From assembly GCA_903876685.1 (NCBI GenBank), contig CAIRBC010000100.1, forward strand, positions 1-42,331: 42,331 nucleotides of DNA, written 5' to 3'. This DNA is from an uncultured Nitrosomonadales bacterium. GTDB taxonomy: Bacteria; Pseudomonadota; Gammaproteobacteria; Burkholderiales; Gallionellaceae. The notes under the pieces are model-generated. The model searched no databases and had not been told where the DNA came from. It saw nothing but the letters and a program-made list of their open reading frames with translations. The position numbers and the translations under genes are program-made. Below are positions 37,519-42,331 of this stretch, piece after piece; position 1 is the stretch's first letter; every line of letters starts with the position of its first letter.

Positions 37519-38643
37519 CTAGGTCGCTTTTAGCAACCCTTTTAATTCATTGATGATGGTCGTCAGTTTGTCCTGAATATCAATTTCCCGGGTCTCGCTG
37601 ACGATGATTTCTTCGATGCCATTTCTGACAATATTGGAAACAAATCTTTCCTGTGACTCAGTCATGGCAACTTGCAGCAGCGCGGTCTCGATGCGATCGA
37701 TCAACACCGAGAACGCCAAGCGTGTTTCCATTTTGCGCTGGCGTTGAGCGTTATCAATGATCTTCAGCGTATCCGTGATGCGCTGCATGGCACGTTCGAT
37801 GGCATCACTGCGCTGCCTGGATTCATCGGTTGCCCAGATACCCTGAAGCCGCACTTCCACGCCATCCACCAGCATGGCCAGATGGTCACGCAAGCGACCG
37901 CATCGATCAATATCATCCATCGGCATATCATGCACCAGCAAAGAAACGCAGGGGTTACTGATGCACAATTTTGACTTGAACTGAGTGACGTGTTCCATTT
38001 CAGCCATGTGATTAATAATGGATACCTCAAGCGGACTGGCTTCGCCCAGACCATTGCAGGTCAACGATTCCCTGGGGGTGCGCAACTGTATTGCACCTTG
38101 CAGACCATACTGAGCCAGTCCTTGCAACGCCGTACCGGCCAGGGAGAGATAGTCATTGTTGGTATTAAAATCTTTCAATGTTTTCAGCAAGGTTCCCATT
38201 TCACTCATGCTGGTAATGGCCGTCATCGCGGTACTGGTCGCATAGGTCGCCATCTGTTTCAGATTAGCTCGCTCCGCGATAGTCTTCAACAAATGAGCGA
38301 CTTTAGCCTCCAGTTCCTGCGGGTCAAAAGGTTTGCTGATATAGTCTTCGCCACCGGCTTCGTAACCCATCAAACGATCTTCGATCCCGTCGTGTGCGGA
38401 AACAAAGATCACCGGAACCTCTGCCACCGAATCCAGTTGTTTCAGCCGTCGGCATACCTCATAACCACTCATGCCCGGCATTTCCACATCCAGAATAATC
38501 GCGTTGGGCAATTCGCTCTCGACCATCATCAGCGCATCGGCACCACTCTCGGCAGAAATCACACAATAATTGGTTTGCAGTGCGTCCAGAAACATTTCCT
38601 GCATGAAATCATCGTCATCTACCACCAGAATTTTATCAGTCAT
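37519..38643 (-). CDS. Response regulator: REC plus unrecognised C-terminal domain
   Basis: ILVVDDD, ILDVEMP and YISKPF form the REC domain. The roughly 250-aa C-terminus has no HTH, GGDEF, EAL, HD or kinase motif. Confidence 0.85.
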   Translation of the reverse strand: MTDKILVVDDDDFMQEMFLDALQTNYCVISAESGADALMMVESELPNAIILDVEMPGMSGYEVCRRLKQLDSVAEVPVIFVSAHDGIEDRLMGYEAGGEDYISKPFDPQELEAKVAHLLKTIAERANLKQMATYATSTAMTAITSMSEMGTLLKTLKDFNTNNDYLSLAGTALQGLAQYGLQGAIQLRTPRESLTCNGLGEASPLEVSIINHMAEMEHVTQFKSKLCISNPCVSLLVHDMPMDDIDRCGRLRDHLAMLVDGVEVRLQGIWATDESRQRSDAIERAMQRITDTLKIIDNAQRQRKMETRLAFSVLIDRIETALLQVAMTESQERFVSNIVRNGIEEIIVSETREIDIQDKLTTIINELKGLLKAT

Positions 38644-38663
38644 GCTAATTTCCTTTGTTTATC

Positions 38664-41201
38664 TCAGACTTTGTCCAGGTACTGCCTGATCCGTTCCTGC
38701 AAGAGACGTAGCCGGTCTACAATGTCCCTCGCCTGAGCGATGTTTCCTTGATTCTTGAAGAGCTCCAGTGACTGACACAACTCCGCAAACCCCAGTGCCC
38801 CCACTGTCCTGGCAGACGATTTGAGACGGTGTCCCAAGGCTGCCAAACCACCCAGATTTCCTTCTGCCAGCGCCGTTTCGATTCCTTGCAGAGCCTTTTC
38901 GGTTGATTCCAGAAACTTGCAGGCAAACCGGTGGATTTTTTGCGGGTCATTACCCACGCTTTTGGCCAATATAGCCAGGTCGATAAGCTGCGGATCGCCC
39001 GATTTTATCATGGATAGCGCTACAGCAGGCGTTTGAACAACGCTAACCGGACGATCCGTCAGCCACCTGGCAAGCATGGCAAACAGATGTTCCGGCTCGA
39101 AAGGCTTGGAAATAAAATCGTCCATCCCGGCGGCCAGGCATTTTTCCCGATCTTCCTTGCTGGCATTCGCGGTCATGGCGATTATTTTCTTGCCGGGCAA
39201 GCCGGGATTGGCACGTATGCGCTGCGTGGCTTCGATACCATCCATATCGGGCATCTGCATGTCCATCAGGATACAATCAAAATATTCATGGCTCAACAAT
39301 TCCAGCACTTCAAAACCGTTATTGGCGATGCAGACGGTGGCACCCACGCCTTCCAGGATTTCCCTGGCCACCTGCTGGTTAAATACATTGTCCTCAGCCA
39401 GTAGTATACGGGCACCATTGATGGATTTTAATTCCAGCGATGCCGTTTTAGTCAACTCCTGCTCTGTCGCCATCTTTCCATATATCAATGTTTGCCGGAT
39501 CGCAGCCAGCAGAATGGACGGCATCAGCGGCTTGGCAACCACCATTGAAACCCCTGCCTGTTCAGTATCCTTAAGCGAAATTTCATTGCCATAAGCGGTC
39601 ACGATGATCCTGGCGGGGGGGATATGCAATTTCAACTCACCCAACTGGCTAGCGGTTTCAATTCCGTTCATTCCCGGCATACGCCAGTCGATGATCACCA
39701 ACTGGTAAGGATCACTCAACCGGTCTGCTTCCCTTACCATGGCTAACGCCTGAAGGCCGGATTCGGCCGCGTCTGCGCGCAGTTGCATATGACCCAGCAT
39801 TTCAGTCAATATCTGGCGTGCGTAAGGATGATCATCCACCGCCAGTATCCTGAATTTTTGCGGCAGGAAATCGGCTGCTTCCAGAGTGGGTCGAACACGA
39901 CATTTTCCCAGCTTCAAGGTACACCAGAAGATGCTGCCACGACCCACCTCACTCTGGACACCAACGCTTCCCCCCATCAGTTCGGCCAGCCGCTTGCAAA
40001 TCGAAAGACCGAGACCGGTACCGCCATACTTGCGGGTGATAGAAGTGTCTGCCTGTTGAAAGGACTGGAAAAGCTTGGCCTGCGTAGCGGAATCAATGCC
40101 TATGCCGGTATCCTGAACTTCAAAACGCACCAGCAAATGTTCAGGCATGACTTCTAACAGTCTTGCCCGAATGATAATTTCACCTTTCCCGGTAAACTTG
40201 ACCGCATTACTAGCATAATTAATTAGTATCTGTGCCAGGTGTAAAGGATCGCCATGCAAACTGGCCGGCAATTCCGTTGCGATGTCAAAAATCAACTCGA
40301 GTTGTTTTTCGGTAGCCTTCCCGGCTATCTGATTGCTGACGTTATGCAACATTTGATTCAGCTCGAAATCGACGTATTCAATATCAAGCCTGCCCGCTTC
40401 AATTTTTGAATAATCGAGAATATCATTGATGATCGCGATCAGATGCTGGCTGGAGCGGTTTATTTTATCCAGATAGTCGCGTTGTTTGGGGTTGAGCCTG
40501 GTTTTCAACGCCAGATAGGTCATGCCGATAATGCCATTTACCGGGGTGCGTATTTCATGGCTCATATTCGACAAAAATTCGCTCTTGGCGCGGTTGGCAG
40601 CTTCCGCCGCCTCAATGGATTTTTGCAACTCGCCCTCAATACGTTTGCGCAGGGAAATATCGCTAAAGTTGACGACAGCACCCACCACCCAGGCACCTTT
40701 TTTGATGGGAGTCGCCGTGTAACTCACCGGAATCGGGGAAGCATTTTTATGCCAGAAAACTTCCTGGTCGTTATGGCTGATAATGCCTTGCTTCAAGGTC
40801 GCATTTATCGCACAGTTTGCTACCGGAAAAGGACTGCCATCCACTTTGGAATGATGAAACAGGCTATGCCCATACCTGCCTGTCAGTTCATCCAGTTGAT
40901 AGCCCAAAATCTGGCACGCGGCATGATTGGCAAAGGTGATTCTGTCTTCGTTATCCAGACCCAATAGCCCCTCACCGGTAGATTCGAGAATTTGCCTGAT
41001 CCGTTCTTCTGCAAAGGATTGCTCGGAAACGATCCCCTCCAACTCCCTGATCTGTTTACGCAATTCAAGCTCGATTTCATTTTGCGCTTCAATCTTTTGT
41101 TGCAGCAGCAGGGTACGTTCACTAACCATCCTGTCCAGTTCGGCTTGCAGAACTGAATCCATTAGCAGCGGGCTGTGATTGGGCTTTGCCTGGTCGTCCA
41201 T
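38664..41201 (-). CDS. Cytoplasmic hybrid histidine kinase (coiled coil-PAS-HisKA-HATPase-2xREC-Hpt)
   Basis: No [52 protein letters not shown] and GHRLKSS motifs. Confidence 0.93.
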   Translation of the reverse strand: MDDQAKPNHSPLLMDSVLQAELDRMVSERTLLLQQKIEAQNEIELELRKQIRELEGIVSEQSFAEERIRQILESTGEGLLGLDNEDRITFANHAACQILGYQLDELTGRYGHSLFHHSKVDGSPFPVANCAINATLKQGIISHNDQEVFWHKNASPIPVSYTATPIKKGAWVVGAVVNFSDISLRKRIEGELQKSIEAAEAANRAKSEFLSNMSHEIRTPVNGIIGMTYLALKTRLNPKQRDYLDKINRSSQHLIAIINDILDYSKIEAGRLDIEYVDFELNQMLHNVSNQIAGKATEKQLELIFDIATELPASLHGDPLHLAQILINYASNAVKFTGKGEIIIRARLLEVMPEHLLVRFEVQDTGIGIDSATQAKLFQSFQQADTSITRKYGGTGLGLSICKRLAELMGGSVGVQSEVGRGSIFWCTLKLGKCRVRPTLEAADFLPQKFRILAVDDHPYARQILTEMLGHMQLRADAAESGLQALAMVREADRLSDPYQLVIIDWRMPGMNGIETASQLGELKLHIPPARIIVTAYGNEISLKDTEQAGVSMVVAKPLMPSILLAAIRQTLIYGKMATEQELTKTASLELKSINGARILLAEDNVFNQQVAREILEGVGATVCIANNGFEVLELLSHEYFDCILMDMQMPDMDGIEATQRIRANPGLPGKKIIAMTANASKEDREKCLAAGMDDFISKPFEPEHLFAMLARWLTDRPVSVVQTPAVALSMIKSGDPQLIDLAILAKSVGNDPQKIHRFACKFLESTEKALQGIETALAEGNLGGLAALGHRLKSSARTVGALGFAELCQSLELFKNQGNIAQARDIVDRLRLLQERIRQYLDKV

Positions 41202-41278
41202 AGTCTAAAAAAAACAAATATCTATTCCGGCGAGTATACAACGCGGTAAAGCAGCCCGCTCACCCACCAGTGCTAATA

Positions 41279-41318
41279 TCGGGTTACGGCGCAAAAAAAC
41301 GCGCCTAACCCGGGCTAC
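41279..41318 (+). repeat. REP-like palindrome, family B copy 3 (with CTAC/GTAG end)
   Basis: TCGGGTTACGGCGCAAAAAAACGCGCCTAACCCGGGCTAC. Confidence 0.78.
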
Positions 41319-41347
41319 CTGACTTTAGTGCACCCAAAACGAACCCG

Positions 41348-42331
41348 TCACACCACGCAATCCACAAAGTAGCGTACTTTACCGTTCACTTCCTCGGTCA
41401 CCAGGCCGTGTATATCGGTCTCGAAACCCGGCAATTTCTGATTGAAGTCGCGCGCAAATTTAAGATAGTCCAGAATAGTCTTGTTAAAGATTTCGCCGGG
41501 AATCAATAACGGAATGCCTGGCGGATAAGGGGTCAGCAATACCGCCGTAATGCGTCCTTCCAGCTCGTCAATTTCCACGCGCTCGATCTCATCATGCGCC
41601 ATTTTGGCAAACGCATCCGAGGGTTTCATCGCCGGTTGCATATCGGACAAATACATCTGAGTGGTCATGCGCGCCACGTTGTGCATCTTGTAGGTATCGT
41701 GAATCTGCTGACATAAGTCTCGCAGGCCGACGCGCTCGTATTGCGGATGCTTGGCGGCAAACTCCGGCAGGATGCGCCAGATCGGCTGGTTGCGGTCGTA
41801 GTCATCCTTGAACTGCTGCAATTCAGTGAGCAGCGTATTCCAGCGCCCTTTGGTGATGCCAATGGTAAACATGATGAAAAAGGAATACAGCCCGCATTTC
41901 TCGACGATAACCCCATGTTCGGATAGATATTTAGTCACCATCGATGCCGGAATGCCGCTTTCGGAAAAATCGCCGTCCATCGCAAGGCCAGGGGTAATGA
42001 TAGTCGCCTTGATCGGGTCGAGCATATTAAAACCCTCGACCAGTTTACCGAAACCGTGCCACTTGTCATCGGTATGCAACACCCAGTCTTCACGCGAACC
42101 GATACCTTCTTCGGCCAGGTGATCCGGCCCCCAAACCTTGAACCACCAGTCCAGACCAAATTCCTCGTCCACCTTGCGCATCGCGCGACGAAAATCCAGC
42201 GCTTCGGCGATGGATTCCTCAACCAGTGCCGGACCGCCGGGTGGCTCCATCATCGCAGCCGCCACATCGCAAGAGGCGATAATCGCGTATTGCGGGCTGG
42301 TCGAGGTGTGCATCAGATAGGCTTCGTTGAA
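41348..42331 (-). CDS. Arginine/lysine/ornithine decarboxylase (PLP fold I), C-terminal part; 5' end outside the window
   Basis: The frame is open to the window end (FNEAYLMHTSTSPQY), with LDPIKAT, GIPA, VEK.G.YS and TPYPPGIPLLIPGE motifs. Confidence 0.92.
   Translation of the reverse strand, partial: FNEAYLMHTSTSPQYAIIASCDVAAAMMEPPGGPALVEESIAEALDFRRAMRKVDEEFGLDWWFKVWGPDHLAEEGIGSREDWVLHTDDKWHGFGKLVEGFNMLDPIKATIITPGLAMDGDFSESGIPASMVTKYLSEHGVIVEKCGLYSFFIMFTIGITKGRWNTLLTELQQFKDDYDRNQPIWRILPEFAAKHPQYERVGLRDLCQQIHDTYKMHNVARMTTQMYLSDMQPAMKPSDAFAKMAHDEIERVEIDELEGRITAVLLTPYPPGIPLLIPGEIFNKTILDYLKFARDFNQKLPGFETDIHGLVTEEVNGKVRYFVDCVV

Overview
A stretch of betaproteobacterial chromosome, most likely Gallionellaceae (Gallionella/Sideroxydans-like). 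That assignment is inferred from gene order and MtoD/MtoC-like cytochromes. From left to right: (1) the 3' part of a secreted coiled-coil hypothetical gene; (2) a co-oriented minus-strand low-potential redox block, PFOR(nifJ)-ppdK-rseC-rnfABCDGEH; (3) the housekeeping block gpsA-SH3-secB-grxC-rhodanese-pglL-ArsR / gpmI-envC-ctpA, which carries a 46-unit in-phase heptamer array (TCTGTCC-type) with a short inverted arm; (4) a low-GC GT25 glycosyltransferase and prfB with its programmed +1 frameshift; (5) a three-gene cytochrome module of two MtoD-like monohemes plus a 9-heme c/di-heme b CbcL/MtoC-like inner-membrane protein, with no mtoAB in the window; (6) ppiD; (7) a signalling region with a doubly membrane-anchored TAXI protein, two hybrid kinases, a REC-HD-GYP protein and a REC protein with an unrecognised output; (8) the C-terminal part of an Arg/Lys/Orn decarboxylase. 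At least two families of REP-like palindromes are dispersed through the intergenic regions. No CRISPR array, intact tRNA/rRNA or transposase was recognised. All family assignments come from motif recognition only; no searches were run.
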